Counted from the first letter of the stretch, positions 25,788 through 39,922 are shown. The stretch: 63,649 nt of DNA from Octopus bimaculoides (GCF_001194135.2 NC_068984.1:72599574-72663222); one strand, 5' to 3'. A program made the numbers and translations. Notes: generated by a model not told the origin, from the sequence alone.

Positions 25788-28700
25788 ATATACTCAGAAT
25801 TTAAATAAATTTCCTTACAAGTCTGTACTATCACAACTGTCTAGTGACTGGTTATATGAACTCCTGAGTAACTGTCTGTGAAATTTTTTCAGCTTCAATA
25901 ACACACACACACGTGTGTGTGTGTGTGTATACATACACATATATATATATGAATATATATAAGCATTTCTATGCAGCTGTTGAAAAAAATTGTGTCATTT
26001 TGGGGAGTGCAAGTTTATAAGATTAGTAATCTCAAGCTTGTAGACCTGCTGAAGAACAGGCAAAATGCTTTAGTGAATTTTTATTTTAGTTTTTAAGCTT
26101 TTGTATGTTTCAAATTCCAATTCTTTGAAATCTGATATTTTTTTCCTACTGAATTAATGTTAATAAATTCATTATTATGAAGGTGGTGGTAGGGAACAGT
26201 GCATACTACACATCATCATTTAACTTCCACTTTTTCATGCTTGCATATTGCAGACAGAATTTGAAGATTTTCTATAGCTGGATGCACTTCTTATTACCAA
26301 TGCTCACCTGTTTCCAAGTAAGGTAATATTTTACCATGGCCAGATATATTTTCATGGAAGAATGGAAATAGCACTCACTGCTTGTATGATGGTGGTGCTT
26401 GTTTACAACCATGATGTCAGGACCAGGATACACGCAGGCCACACACATGCATATGTTATATGATGAGCTTCTTTCAGGTTCCATCTACCAAATCTGCTCA
26501 CAAAGCTTTGGCTGACCCAAGGTTATAGTAGAAGATATTTGCCCATGGTGCAATGCAATAGGACTGAACCCGAGCAAGCTTCTTAACCACACAGCCACAC
26601 CTGGAAATTTGCAGTGTAACAAATCAGTGAAATAAAGCGAATGCAGCTAGCCTAGAAGAAAACCCTAACAGATTAATTTTATGTTAATGCTATTGAAAAT
26701 TTACATGAATTATGAAACATATGACTGCTTGTACATTATATATATATGTATAAATTTGTGTGTGTGTGTGTGTGTGTGTGCATAAATACCCACGTGAGTA
26801 TGTAAATGTATATTAAAATACATATTCAAACATACAATACTTTGCAAATAGGTATGTATTTGCATAGTTTAAAAATTTAATAATATCCTTATTACAATAG
26901 TTAGAAAGAATTTGTTTTTTTTTTCAAGTGCATTAATTAGCTTATGTTGGTTAGTCACTGCAAGAGAATTTGTTTTCTTGCTATCAAAGAATTTTCCTGT
27001 TATTGGTGAAAATCCTCACTTCATGAAAATACATCAAAGAGTTACACTTAAATGAAAAACAGAAAATTGCACTTAAATTTACATTAAGAGAGGATGAGCT
27101 TTTGAACAAAATTCTATGAATAATTAAATGAAAAAGGAAAAACAACAGCCTTTTAAAAATTTGAATGTAAGTGAACAAGGGAGGTCAATTATGCAGTCTG
27201 CAATAAGAAATTTCAAAATAAAGAACAAAACAAACAAGCTTTTGTTATGCAAAAATGATATTTTTAAAAATTGCCAACCTCCATTGAGCTTGAATAAATA
27301 AAATATTGTTTAGTAAGTTTATTCACTGAAACTTTGTAACAAATTATTCACTTTTGTATCTAACATACTTTCCATGAGCTACGGAGGAACCTCAAAAAAG
27401 TTTTAAGTTTAAAATGAATAAGTAAATAAATAAAAACTGATGCTCTAACATTTAATCATTAACATATCGTTGCTTTTTATCCCTTTATGGGTCAATAAAA
27501 TAAATACCAGTCGAACACTGCAGTTGATGTAATTGACATATCACCCCACTCCTCCCGAAATCACTGGCTTTGCGCCAAAATTTGAAACCGATATATCTTG
27601 GTATAAAGATAGTTTAAGAGTGTCCAGAGATGGTAAACCATCATAATCAGAGTAAAGAGCTAACTCATTGCATTTTCTCCAAGAAACAACAGCAATTTTC
27701 TTCTCAAAGAGCAGACTTATTCCATTTTAAGGACCTTTGCTTCTCACCTATAATTCTGAGTTCAAATGCCAATGGAATTAATATTATGCATTGGTAGTAT
27801 CATAAGAGTATTGGACTATATACATGTATTTAATCCTCTTGTTGCGGTATTACTATTGAAATAGTAATCCCTCGTCAAATCGCAGTTTATTATTTAAGCT
27901 TACAATCAATTCCTCTGTTGTTGTTTTGCATTTATAATAAAGTAAATATATACAATAAAAATAAAAATAAAAAAATATACAGTACAATACCGTTTCTACT
28001 TTGTGGATTTTCACCTATCACAAGTGTTTTTGGAATGTAATACCTGTGGTAGTCGAGGGGTCACTATATATTGCTTTTGAAGTAATAATTCCCCTGAAAG
28101 AAGAATGTATTGGAAATGCTGGGTTTTCCACTCCCCAATGCAAGTCTTGCTCACACAGAACTACACCAGTCTCATTCGAGCCCGTTTGAAGATTTTACTA
28201 AGATAACTTTGTCATTATTATACTGGTATTAAGAATATAAAATAATGTGAAATTTTTATTTAGATCACTTTAAAGCAAAACATTTCTATCACAGAGCCAA
28301 GGGTGGTTTCAGGTGTGCCAGAATCAAATGGATTGATTCTTTTAAATTCCGACTTCAGCTTTGTCTTTCTTCCTTCCAGGTGTTCATAAAATAATACTAG
28401 GATTGACTTAATATTCATTTAAAGCAGAAATGAATATATTTATAATAGAAAGCACTGCATTTCCTCAATCCCCATCAAAATCACATCTTACCATTAAATT
28501 TCTAGCCTTCAACAACTGGAAAGATGATACAAAGTTCACTCAGAATTAAAAGACCATAATTAAATACATTTATTTAGTCTGATGTTCTTATCAAATGAAA
28601 GAAATTAAACTGAACTTGCAAGTCCCTAAGTTAAGCTGAATAGTGTCATAATAGGTTTAATTGTATGATAGAGATGCTCCACTCTCTTTATATTAGATGC

Positions 28701-29246
28701 CAATAAGAATTGCAAGAAAAGCAACCTAAAGTAACATAAAACTCTAATAAACTTGCTATGCCTGGAACTTTGGCACAGGTATAACTGTGTGGTTAAGATG
28801 TTACCTCCCAACCACATGATTTCAGATTCAGCCCCACTGCAAACCATCTTGGGTAAATGTTTTTTCTATAACCCTGAGTTGATCAAAACCTTGTGAATGG
28901 ATTTCATAAGACAGAAAGAAGCCAATTTATCTATATGTGTGTGTGGTTGTGCTTTGTTGTCCTACATCGTTCATGGCTGTAAACAAGTGTCATACCATAC
29001 AAATGGCACCCTTTCTTTCCAATTTTCCATGAAAATGTCTGGTCATGGGGAAATATTATCTTACTTGGAAACAAAGGTGGGCAGGTGACAAGACGAGAAA
29101 ATTTATCGCACCCATGCAAATAAGGAAAAATGGATATTAAAACAATGACAATGATTCACAACCTGATGACATCCTTCAGTTGCATATAAGCTAGCTGTTT
29201 GCAATAACACAAAGACAGTCATTGCATGCTTAAAGGAAACAGTTGT

Positions 29247-29465
29247 AACCACTCTTTAAGCATTTCAACCAGCCACTAATATTTTATGTTTCATGTTCAA
29301 ACAATCCAGATCCGGTCTCTCACATCTACCCTACAATGCTATACTAAAAATAAACAAGAACATCATATCATAACACTATGAAATAATGCATGATTAATTC
29401 AAAACAATGAATAAATAAGCATTACATTTAAAAGAAATCCGAATTCTAAAGGACTAATGCATTTA
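29247..29465. mobile_element. piggyBac-like MITE copy, degenerate
   Basis: Shares ccagatccggtctctcacatctaccctacaatg...ataatgcatgattaattcaaaac with the other copies. Confidence 0.55.
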
Positions 29466-31429
29466 AGTTTATAAATGTTGAACCTCACAATTTGTTGTTA
29501 GGCTGCAAGACAGAAAAATAATCAAAATCATTTCAGCTGTGATGATCCCTTATTTTTCCTATGTGCAAGGAACTTAAGACTACATTATCCATGCTGCTTT
29601 TAAAATTGTAAGGTATGAATTGTATCTATTTCTAGGCTGTGATTTATCTGGAGGCTCTTATCAATGACATCTCATGTATTTGACTAGATTATATTAAAAA
29701 TGCATCCCACAGCCAATGAATATTTCAGCCTCATTGGTAATTCAAGTAAAATCCACACAGGAGACATACATTAGCATTGAGTATTTGATACATACACACA
29801 CACATCTAAAAACAAGTATGTGGTTTATTCCACTTATTAAATATCAGAATTGCTAGCTCAGCTATTTCTACAAATAGTCTTCTGAATAAGAGAGCTATAC
29901 CACCTACCTTCTGGAATTATGTTTCCACCTTCATTTTATTTCTATGGGTCAAGTGTTTCTTTTGCAATACAAGACTCTCAACTTTCCAACTGTAAGCATT
30001 GCACTTTCTCCAAATTAAGGAAAATTATTTTATTGCATAAAATTCTGATTTAATAAAATCCTTGGGGGGGGAAAAAAAACCATATGTTGAGACATGGTTA
30101 ATGCCTTTTAATGTAATTGACCAAGCACCCATTTTCTTTACCATTTAATGTGCTGGTGCCATGCTAAAAGCATCCAGCACACTGTTAAAGGGTTGGCATT
30201 AAGGAAAGGCATCAAGTCAGAAACCAAGACAATTAAGACTGGAACCTGGTGAAGCTCACCAGCTGTGGTCAAACAATCCAAACCATACCAGCATGGAAAA
30301 TGAAGAGAATATATTTAAACTTGCGTGTTCATGAGAACCATTAGCAATCAACCCCTACCTCGTTAAGTATAGTTATATAAAATAACTAAATGAAGTCTAA
30401 TGTCATTGGTAATACATAATGAAGGCATCATACCCAGCTCACTAACTTTAATACCCAAAGTATATTCATAGAAAGAAGCATTCCACCCACATTAATAAGT
30501 TCAGTTGCAGCTTTTTCAGGAACATTCAATATTCATAAATAAATTTAAACACTTTTCCTAGAAAAGTTATTTCATTTCAGATATATAATTGAATAACTGA
30601 AATAAATCTTGGAAAAAGCTCAGCCAATCAACCAATGTTTTGGGAGACAATATTAGAAAATGATTAACACATTTAATCTTTATTTTTTTCTTTGTTAAAA
30701 AAAATTTAATTTTCTATAATTTTAGCACCAAGACATTAGAAAACAGCTACAAATTGATCTGTGCCATTTGCTTCATCTGCACGAGTAAAATTTAGTGGAA
30801 GCTGCTTATTATAATCAAGGATAATGTTATCACATGGGTATTGTTATTAAAATTAGTAGATAAACTCCTTATCAATTATCAGCTGATTATTATGAAAAAT
30901 CTATCTCGAAGAGATAATTAAGGTGGATGCTACAAAAATGAACTCCAGTACTTAGTTATGTTCTTTGAAATTAAGTTCAAATCCTTCAGGAGTGACCATT
31001 GTTGTTTATTACAGGGAAGTAGAGAGGAGGCAAAGAAGTACTGGTAGCTTAGTCAATTTCATCAATTGTTCCTGCTACGAACACAAGTGTTGTTGTTTCA
31101 ATATTTTAATAGAAGTCAATATTGTTGTCTTTATATAAAAAAAAATAAAATAAAAGACATTGCCAGTATTTTCGTTGTAATTGACAAAGGACATCTTTCA
31201 TTACAAGATCATTTTAACATCCAGCTTTCTATGCTTGCATGGATCGGATAAAATTTATGAAAAGATTTTTTACAGTCACATGCCCATCCTGCTACCAACC
31301 CTCACTTGTTTTCTGGTGATAGACTTCCTCATGAGAGGATGTTTCCAAAGAATGAATAGGACAGCACTTTTATGATGGTGGCACTCATTTACAACTATCA
31401 CACATTCTCAATACGAGATACACACACAC

Positions 31430-32110
31430 ACATATATATGTGGGTTGGGAAAAGTTCAGAGAGCTACTACCTCCGTTAGTAACAAAGGGCCTCTCCTTCA
31501 GAGTGGAAAGCAAATTGTATGATGCCTGTGTACAAACAGCTTGCTACATGGCAGTGAAACATGTTGAGGATATGCAGAAGCTTGAAAGAAATGAAGCCAG
31601 TATGCTCGATTGGATGGATAATGTTAGTGTGCACACAAGACAGCGTGAAGGATTTGAGGGTACAGCTGGGTACACAGGGCATCAGATGCCACGTGCAAGA
31701 GAGTAGACTGTGCTAGTACGGCCATGTAATGCATATGAAAACAATTGCATCAAGGAGTATTGAACTCTAATCATGGAGAGAACATGTCGAAGGAAGACAT
31801 GGAATGAATTGGTGAAAAAGGATCTTCAGATGTTGATCCTCAAAGTGGGGATGACAAGGCACTAAGATGTCTGGTGATTTGCTAAGTAAATATGTGGTCA
31901 TCCTTGCATACAAGTATGTCACCTGCATCCCTCATCTTGCAGCCGTGTGTGTGTGTGTGTGCAGGTGCCACATAAGAGCACTGTAAAGTGGTTGGCATTA
32001 GAAAGGGCATCCCACTGTAGAAACCATGCCAAAACAGATATAAAGCACAGGCAGCTCTCCAGCTCCTGTAAAACTGTTCAACCCATGCCAGCATGGAAAA
32101 TGAAAAGAGT
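31430..32110 (+). mobile_element. RTE-clade LINE 3' fragment
   Basis: KFRELLPPLVTKGLSFRVESKLYDACVQTA...LERNEASMLDWMDNVSVH, followed by the shared 3' tail (ggcattagaaagggcatcc...ccatgccagcatggaaaa). Confidence 0.75.
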
Positions 32111-32533
32111 CAGTAATTGTAGACCAATAGTCTACCTAACATCTTTTTCCATCTATAATGAGGTTGTAGAAACCTTACAAACATTCATGACTGTTCAATG
32201 TACAAGAAAATGAATTAGGTTATTGTGAAAGCTAAAACCTAGGGATTTCACCCACAGATGTGCTAGACAAGACTCAACAACAAAATGGTGAAATGTTTCT
32301 GATGATGGAATCACTGTTTTGAAATACACAATTTAGTTTCATAAGTGGACACTTTTCCAAGTAGACTAGCACATTTTTTTTAGAATGACACAGATTTATA
32401 CTTGTTAAATTTCTTTGCAGAATTATTGAGTCAGTTTTACTTGCACCTCTGCAATTGTGTCAGGTGTAATACCTAAATATTGTTTTAGAGATAGCAACAG
32501 GATACAGGAACCATATACACACATACATATATA

Positions 32534-32746
32534 TAACTTTACAGCTAGCCATATGCAACCCAAATAGTTTACTTATGCTCAAGCCAGCTGAAGCCGGCCT
32601 TTCACACCTACCCTACAATGTAATTCTAAAATTAACCATTACACTATTGAAATCTCAAAGCTATGAGATAATGCATGATTAACTCAAAATAAGGTGAATA
32701 AATAAGCATAACATTTGACAGAGTAACCTGAATGCTAAAGGGTTAA
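32534..32746. mobile_element. piggyBac-like MITE copy
   Basis: Ends gaatgctaaagggTTAA; homologous to the 43851-44300 element. Confidence 0.6.
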
Positions 32747-33708
32747 ACTCTAATAAGAATGAGTACATAAGTACACAAAATGAAGTAAGCCAAGAAATTT
32801 TAATTACTTAAAATTACAGCTTGAATGATGAGCAAAGTGAGTATCTGACTAATTCTAATTAAATTTAAAAAAGGGCTTAATTTCAATTAAATGTGGAATG
32901 TGCAGGCAATTTTTTTTTATTTAATCTATTGCAATACATGAAATAACATTTTAATCTCTAAAACACGTATATGCAAACAAAAACTAAGAATTATGAGTAG
33001 ATTAATCGCTAATGTTTTTAACAATCAGTTATATTAAACAATCGGAGAGAAAACAAATTCAAATGGATATACTATACAGGCAGCCGACTGTGTTAATAGT
33101 GTTGGCTAGAGCTTAGTTTTTTTAACACAAAGTGGATGGGTTTCTTTTGAATTCCAACTGATTTTATCATATTGTAAAGCATGTCAGAATATATATATAT
33201 ATCTCAAGCTTAGAAGCTTGAATAAACTCTTCATACTCATTGTTCAGTTTTCGACACTCAAGTTGTAANNNNNNNNNNAAAAACTAGTCATACCCCATTA
33301 AAGTGTCAGATCACCATCTGCGATCTGAAATACAAGATTACATGCATACACACACACAGAATTTTCAGAGAAACCACAAACACATCATCGTTGTTTAATG
33401 TCTGTTTTCCATGCTGGCATGTATGTATATAATGGGCTTCCAAACAGTTTCCATCTTGTAAATTTACTCACAAGGCATTAGTTCGCCAGGGGTCATAGAA
33501 AACACTTACCCAAAGTGTTGCACAGTTATACTGAACCCAAAACCAAGTGGTTGCAAAGCAAGTTTCTGAACCACATTGCCATGCTTGCATCTACACATGC
33601 ACACACCCATTATATTTAAGTTTTTAAAATATATAAGTTAAAAATTAGAGATCAATATAGCTACAGTAAACTTTCACTAGATAGTTACTGTCATCCAAAA
33701 AATTCATG

Positions 33709-33714
33709 TTTATT
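33709..33714 (-). terminator. Candidate poly(A) signal AATAAA of geminin
   Basis: Plus strand tttatt, about 55 nt downstream of the stop codon. The context is AT-rich, so it could be a chance match. Confidence 0.45.
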
Positions 33715-33767
33715 TACATAAAAATTAAAATAAAATAAAATAAAGCAGTATAATTTTTTTAATTCCA

Positions 33768-33851
33768 TTATAAACTTTGGCTTTCCTCAGTAGATGTAGC
33801 ATCAGCAGACCCTTCTTTGTCTTCTGTATTTTCTGATTCACCAATGGCAGA
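33768..33851 (-). CDS. GMNN: Geminin terminal exon (SAIGESENTEDKEGSADATSTEESQSL*)
   Basis: atatttcag|TCT...TTA TAA. Acidic C-terminal tail typical of geminin; completes a 195-aa ORF. Confidence 0.85.
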   Translation of the reverse strand, partial: SAIGESENTEDKEGSADATSTEESQSL

Positions 33852-35187
33852 CTGAAATATATACATTTTTAAAAAAGTGTAAAAGATATATCACAAGTCA
33901 GGTTGTATTTATTTAATTTGAAAACAATAAGAAATTGTTTATTTTCATCAACCCTTTTCCAACCATATTTCTGTTAAAACTTTTCTATATGCTGCTCTTT
34001 GGAACTTTAATACAAAGAAGTTTGAAGGAGAATGTTTGTATGAGAGTCAGAATCAATCTCAGGCAGGTTGGTTTAAAAAAAAATGTTAACCCTTTCATGA
34101 CTATATTTCAATAATAAATATCTTACTTACATAGCAAGTTTTTCAAATGTTTGATGAGGGAAAAGTTAATTTTATCAACAAGTACAATGAAATAAAGTCA
34201 GCCCCAGTAGGATTTGCAATCAGAATGCAAAGCAATGGAAATAAAGACTATTGTTGCTGTCAGATCAGCCAATTTCAACAACAAATATATTCCCCCTGTT
34301 GGAGCAATTTACTAAAATAAACTTCATTAGTAAGCTGGTGATTAAAACAAATTGAGCACAAATGTATCAACTTGTGGTCGAAAGCTTTTACTTCAAATAT
34401 GATTTAATAAAATGACTAGTCTTATATCTTAAGATAGTGGAATTCTCAAGCTGGTTGTGCTAAATAAAGGGTTGAAAATATGAGATTCAAGCAGGCATAA
34501 TGATTGTATGTGTTAATTGTAGTACACTCTTGTTGGCTTGAGAGAGAGTGCGAGAGGCACATATAAAGCACTCACTACACTTTTGGAGTGGTTGGTATTA
34601 GAAAGGACATTCAACTATAGAAACCTTGCCTAATCAGATTGAAATTTGGTGCAGCTCCCCAGTTTACAGTCAAACTATCCAACCCATACCAGCATGGAAA
34701 ATGAATGTTAAATGAGGATGAAGATGCAGATGTGTGAGGCAGTGGAATCAAAGCTAGGAACACGTAACTGTAAAGTGGACTCACTGATTATTTAATGAAG
34801 CTTGTGCTAAATGACAACACTACTGATGACTCAACAAGTCTCTACATGGTTGCCCAACTTGCAAGAAAGAGCACACAAATAATCTTCAAATCGCATCTAA
34901 CTATTCCAAGGTATGCATATCAAATGTAGTTCTGAATGTACAAAAAGTTGAGACAGTTATAGAGGGAAAGACAAGAGATTTGCTCAATCAACAACTAGAT
35001 GCAGCAGCTTCACTTTTGATAACAACACTCATGAACCTTATAATACAAAACTACCCATTTTGGTATGTCTACAATGAAATTAAAAACTTCTGTTGTAACC
35101 CTTTGTTAGCTTAGTAAAGAAAAACCTAATTATTTTACGAAATCACTCAGGCAATGTACTCCAGAAATATGAAAAAACGTCTATTAA

Positions 35188-35412
35188 CCCATTAAGTCCC
35201 ACTGTCCTATAAACAGGACACTAAATGAGAACATTAAATAAGCTATATCACATTGTCTCAGTGTCCTAATTATAGGATACTGAGTATTTCTATTTCTACT
35301 TGAAGTAAAGGAGTTTTAATAATTTTTTTCTTTTCATTTTAACCTATTTTCAATCATCTGTAAAAATTTAAAAGTAATATTCAGAAATTTAAGTACTCTG
35401 GGACTTAATGGG
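35188..35412. mobile_element. piggyBac-like MITE with TTAA TSD
   Basis: TTAA-CCCATTAAGTCCCA ... TGGGACTTAATGGG-TTAA; perfect 14-bp TIRs. Confidence 0.85.
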
Positions 35413-35440
35413 TTAAGGGGAAATATGTTTTAAATTTTAC

Positions 35441-35530
35441 CTGTACAAGATTTGCAAAATCCTCAGCTTTTGATGCCAGCTCAGATAATGTTTCATTTTC
35501 ATGTTTTAACATGTCATTTTCAAAAGTCAG
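35441..35530 (-). CDS. GMNN: Geminin coding exon 6 (LTFENDMLKHENETLSELASKAEDFANLVQ)
   Basis: ccttttag|CTG...CAG|gtaaaa; 90 nt, phase 0/0. LKHENETLSELA resembles LKKENKELAEVA. Confidence 0.9.
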
Positions 35531-35613
35531 CTAAAAGGATAAAAATGTAAAACATGTATTTCGTTTTTTTTTATTTATCAATACATAAAAGGATGAAAAA
35601 GATTGATACATAC

Positions 35614-35655
35614 TTCCTCAACTTTGGACTTTAATTGTTTGTTTTCCTCATGTAA
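35614..35655 (-). CDS. GMNN: Geminin coding exon 5 (LHEENKQLKSKVEE)
   Basis: tttttttag|TTA CAT...GAA|gtatgt; 42 nt, phase 0/0. Continues the EN-x-LH coiled coil. Confidence 0.88.
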
Positions 35656-35716
35656 CTAAAAAAATAAAAAATTTAAAAAAAAACGGAGTTTAGCTCACCA
35701 CTGAACAAATGTATTT

Positions 35717-36575
35717 GAAATTTAATTCAATTAAGTAAGCAATTTCTAGAAATTGCTTACTTTCTAGAAACTTCAGTTAGATTTTTTTTTTAAAGTATGG
35801 CAATACACAATTTTTGTGACAGAAAAACATACCTAAGAGAATGGAAGAAAACATTATGAAGAAGGAGAAAAAAACATACATGGGCTGATAAAACTTCACA
35901 AGAATAAAGCAATCCACATATATATCACTTCATGCAAAAGCCAACAGAGGCAGTCTCAAAGAAACCTGATGAGTGGCATACTATACACCAAACCCAAATA
36001 ATCTTCAAAAACAGACACGAATTTTTCCTTGACCATATTTCTAATGAAGAGATTATTTTAATTGGCTTTCAATATACCTTGGAAAAGTATAGTAAAATAT
36101 CACATTTTATATTTTGGTAATGACCAGCTGCAATTATTTAGGTTACAAGATCTTCAATTATAAACACTTTAGTACAAGAGGATGTGCATTTAAATCAGTT
36201 ACAATGAAAATTAGTGATATGTGAACTTGGCACACCAAATCAACTGTAAAAGGTTGGTATGTTTAGAAGTGGCTGATACCAACCAAAGTTGAAGTAGATA
36301 AAGACAACACTTTTTGTTAGGATGGAAAGAGATCAAAAGAGAAAGGCTTTAGCATTGTGAAACCAATAGGAAAAGTGTATCAAGTAACTTAAATACTAGA
36401 AAAGAACAGAACATATTTCCCATGAAATTTAATTCAATTAAGTAAGCAATTAGTAAAGTCTGACTTTCTAGAAACTTCAATTAGATTTCTTTTTTAAAGT
36501 ATAGCAATACACAATTTTTGTGTCAGAAAAACATACCTAAGAGAATGGAAGAAAACATTAAGGAGAAAGAACACA
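35717..36575 (+). repeat. Dispersed direct duplication of about 160 bp (35717-35880 and 36424-36575)
   Basis: Both copies share gaaatttaattcaattaagtaagcaatt...gcaatacacaatttttgtg.cagaaaaacatacctaagagaatggaagaaaacatta. Confidence 0.85.
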
Positions 36576-38229
36576 TGATAATGCATTTTGGTAAGCTGCT
36601 ACAAAGGTGCATGCCACAGTACAGTTCAAAAGTTCTTTGACATAAGCAGGAGAATATACTAGCACAAAAATTTCTCCTAGACTTTTATGATTGGTACCCA
36701 GAGAGGTCTCTGTAGCAGAAAGGCTACAAACATTTCTATTTATAGGGAAAAATAGGATCACAGCTACTTGTGGCTTTTTACTTGAAAAAAGCATGGTTAA
36801 ATTTGGCAGAATGATTGCAGATGTTATCACATACCTAAAGTTCTCAACTACATTCAAGCTGCAAATTACAAACAGTGAATACGTATCTTTATTCTGGAAG
36901 TACATATATTGCACATGACAAGATATTTTGTGCAAATCGAATTGTGTAGCTGTGCTTATAGTTGTAGCCATGAAGTAGTGGTTATACAACAAAAGCACTA
37001 ATGAATTATGTGCTGCATCAGCAACTTGCAGATTTATACTGTACTCCACTACGGGAACAATTTACAGTCAGACAGAATGGAGCAGAAGAAATTTAAGTGG
37101 CTGGACCTTTGACAGAACAGTGCTGTGAACAATATACAAATTGAGCATTTCAACTTCTCCAGCTTTCATTTGAGAAGATATTACAAAATGAAGCATACAG
37201 AGCTAATGATAGCCACCAGGTATTGAAAGCAAGAATTTGTTTTTATTCCAACTGTTCATTTTAATGCATTTGGAATCAGAAATGAACCCTTCCATCCTAA
37301 TTCTATGCAAGATTTTGTTGACTTACAATCTAAACATCAAATTAACCCTTTTGATATCAATTTAGAACAACTCATTTACAAGTTAGGATTTTCCATCATA
37401 ATTTTAGCCAAGAATCATTTGTAATGTTCTAAACACCTAAATTAATTCTCTATTTTCAAAACTAAGTGAAATATTTAGATGATGCCCTTCGTTAAGATTG
37501 GCTAATAACGAAGTAAATTACTTAGTTAAATTTTTTCAAATTCATGATTATTTTCAATGTCACATTTTCTTTGTAAACAGACATTGAGACATTTCTTGAA
37601 TTGACCAAGTCAACGAACAAACTATTTGGCAAGGAGATTGAACAACACATTAAGACAAATGATGTTTGCCAACTTGCAAGACTTTAGCTGTAAAATTTTA
37701 CACTCTATACCAGATTCACTTTGCATTAACTGAAAGACTTACTCAGGCAGCAACCTGAATATTTTCATATTATCACTAAAGACAATTGTTCATTTACGAG
37801 CCCAGCAATGTTCAGTAAAATCTTGTTTTGCCATCCCTTTTCACTGCCCTAGGTCATTACCGAACAATATATCAACTGAAATGATGAAAAACAGCAGCTG
37901 TAAGAACGTTTTCATAACTCTGCTTTTGAGCTTGAGGCAATAATTCTAAAATCTTACTTGTATCACTGTTTAACCTCTAAGTTTCATTGCGACAATTAAC
38001 CAGATTAAATACAAGTTGGTCTTAGAATTCAATCATTAGTGGCAGAAAAAATGCCCACCATACTAAAAATATTATCTCACCTAGCCTAGAGGAACATAAG
38101 CATATACATGGTGAATTAATTAGAACCACAAGGGTTAAACAAAGAGGTGACAATACAAGAGACAAGTGGGGTCAGGGATTTATTGAATGACCTGAATATA
38201 TAATTACAAAAGAAGATGAAATAAAAAAA

Positions 38230-38830
38230 TGGATGCGGAATGGGTTTGACCCACCAACCACATTCTTGCATTGCACCGTTCATTTTGTCTTTTTATTTTT
38301 AAACTCCGCTTATTCTGGCACTTACATACCCAACATTCAGACTACTCTAGACATGCTTTCCCTCTTAGGTGATATAAAAAGAGGTTCACTAAAGCATGCC
38401 CAGAGGCAAAGGTACCTGATGCGATACCTCTTCCACATCGCTTCTTTCGCTATAGCTATTTTGACTAGAAAACAAAATTTCTCTTCTTTTAGAGGAGGTG
38501 GCAGAATGATCTTATTAATCAATTTGGCTGACAGCTGAACTCTCCCCAGCTGTGACAGTACCCATTTGGTAGAAACACACAGTTCCGAGACACGGACACT
38601 GTGTGATTGCGTGCAGAACAGTTTTGTTGCCCCATCTGCAATGTGGGCATATAGGCGAAACAGTGACACCGTGCCTCATGAGTTTATCACAAACTGGCAA
38701 GGCATTTCGGAAGCACAGCCGAGCCAGGAACCGCTGGAAGTTGTCCATAGGTCCCCGGCTGAAAGTCCTTTGATGCAGGTTGGCAAGCCGACTTTCATCG
38801 AAACCCAGAGTCTGCCCCATCACACTTGCG
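38230..38830 (-). mobile_element. L1/Tx1-type LINE 3' fragment (zf-RVT zinc knuckle)
   Basis: LARLCFRNALPVCDKLMRHGVTVSPICPHCRWGNKTVLHAITQCP matches the CX2CX7HX4C zf-RVT motif. Confidence 0.75.
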
Positions 38831-39603
38831 CTCTACCAGCACATACACAAAGAAACAGCTTTAATATCAACAGCCCTTTGAACCTAAAATACTAAATTTG
38901 TATTCCTCTTCATCATGATGTGTGCTTGATGGTTGCAAACAATGCCTTCTTAATCAACAGTGTGGTTGCTTCTTGAAATGTGTGATCTTTCTAAACAAAA
39001 TGTTCATCGAACTGGTGTCACTCGTTTCCAGTTCATTGCATAATTCCATATAAGCTGTTTGTTGTGCAGTACACTGGGAAATCATTACCTCATTTGGAAA
39101 TAAGTAGGATCAAGAAGGCCATACAAAACTATTCCAATCTACTCTCCTCTGATCCATGCTAGCACAACAGGAACATTTAAGACATTGGGCAGCTGCTTAT
39201 GCTAGTACACCACTGAAGCTATGGTAGGAAGAAAAAAATATTTGCCAAAAAAGCTGTACAGTAGGATCATACCAGAACCAATCGGTTACAAGATGAACTT
39301 AACCCCACACATAATTAGATCATGGATCTTATCACCTCTTGACAAATGAGGTGGTGAGAATGGGTGAAATACTGACCAGTGTTTCTAAATGTGCTAAAAG
39401 ATTTATAAAACTGTAACAAGATAAAAAAATGAGATGTAAATAATCAAAACTAGCATTTATAAATTAGTCTTTTTGAAGAAATGGCAAAAAAACACCTTCA
39501 ACAGCAATAGTAAAATGCTGCATTATCTTTTAATATGAAGCCATTTAACCAAAGACTAGTCAGGTTCCAACACGATTTCAATAATGCATAACAATGAATG
39601 TAA

Positions 39604-39637
<34 letters not shown>

Positions 39638-39922
39638 CATGAGAGATGAAAAGAGAGAGAGCAAAAGAGTTAGAGAGAATGAAGAGAAAGAGTTAGAGGA
39701 AGAGATGAGACACAGCTTGAAAAGAGTGTGGAAGACAAGGGAAGTGAAAATGAAAGACAGTATTAGTGAAGAATGAGAGAAAGAAGATGTGATTATTAAA
39801 CTTGGAAAATGGAACCCTAAAGGTTGATAGACTAATAATGAAAGAAAGAATTATTTGAAATGTCAAATTATATTTAGTATCAAATTTGTTATCAAAGAGA
39901 AAAACAGAAGATGTATCCATAC

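Noticed and set aside
28066-28515. Apparent minus-strand micro-exons (LLKARNLM; GNYYFKSNI)
   Set aside because: Surrounding frames look like decayed RT sequence (WGLRKCSAF), and no coherent protein results.
37560-37960. Minus frame MKTFLQLLFFIISVDILFG resembling a signal peptide
   Set aside because: Followed by in-frame stops and lies inside a geminin intron; no recognisable family.
39594-39776. 60-aa K/E/R-rich ORF after a poly(A) run
   Set aside because: Low-complexity purine tract inside a geminin intron.
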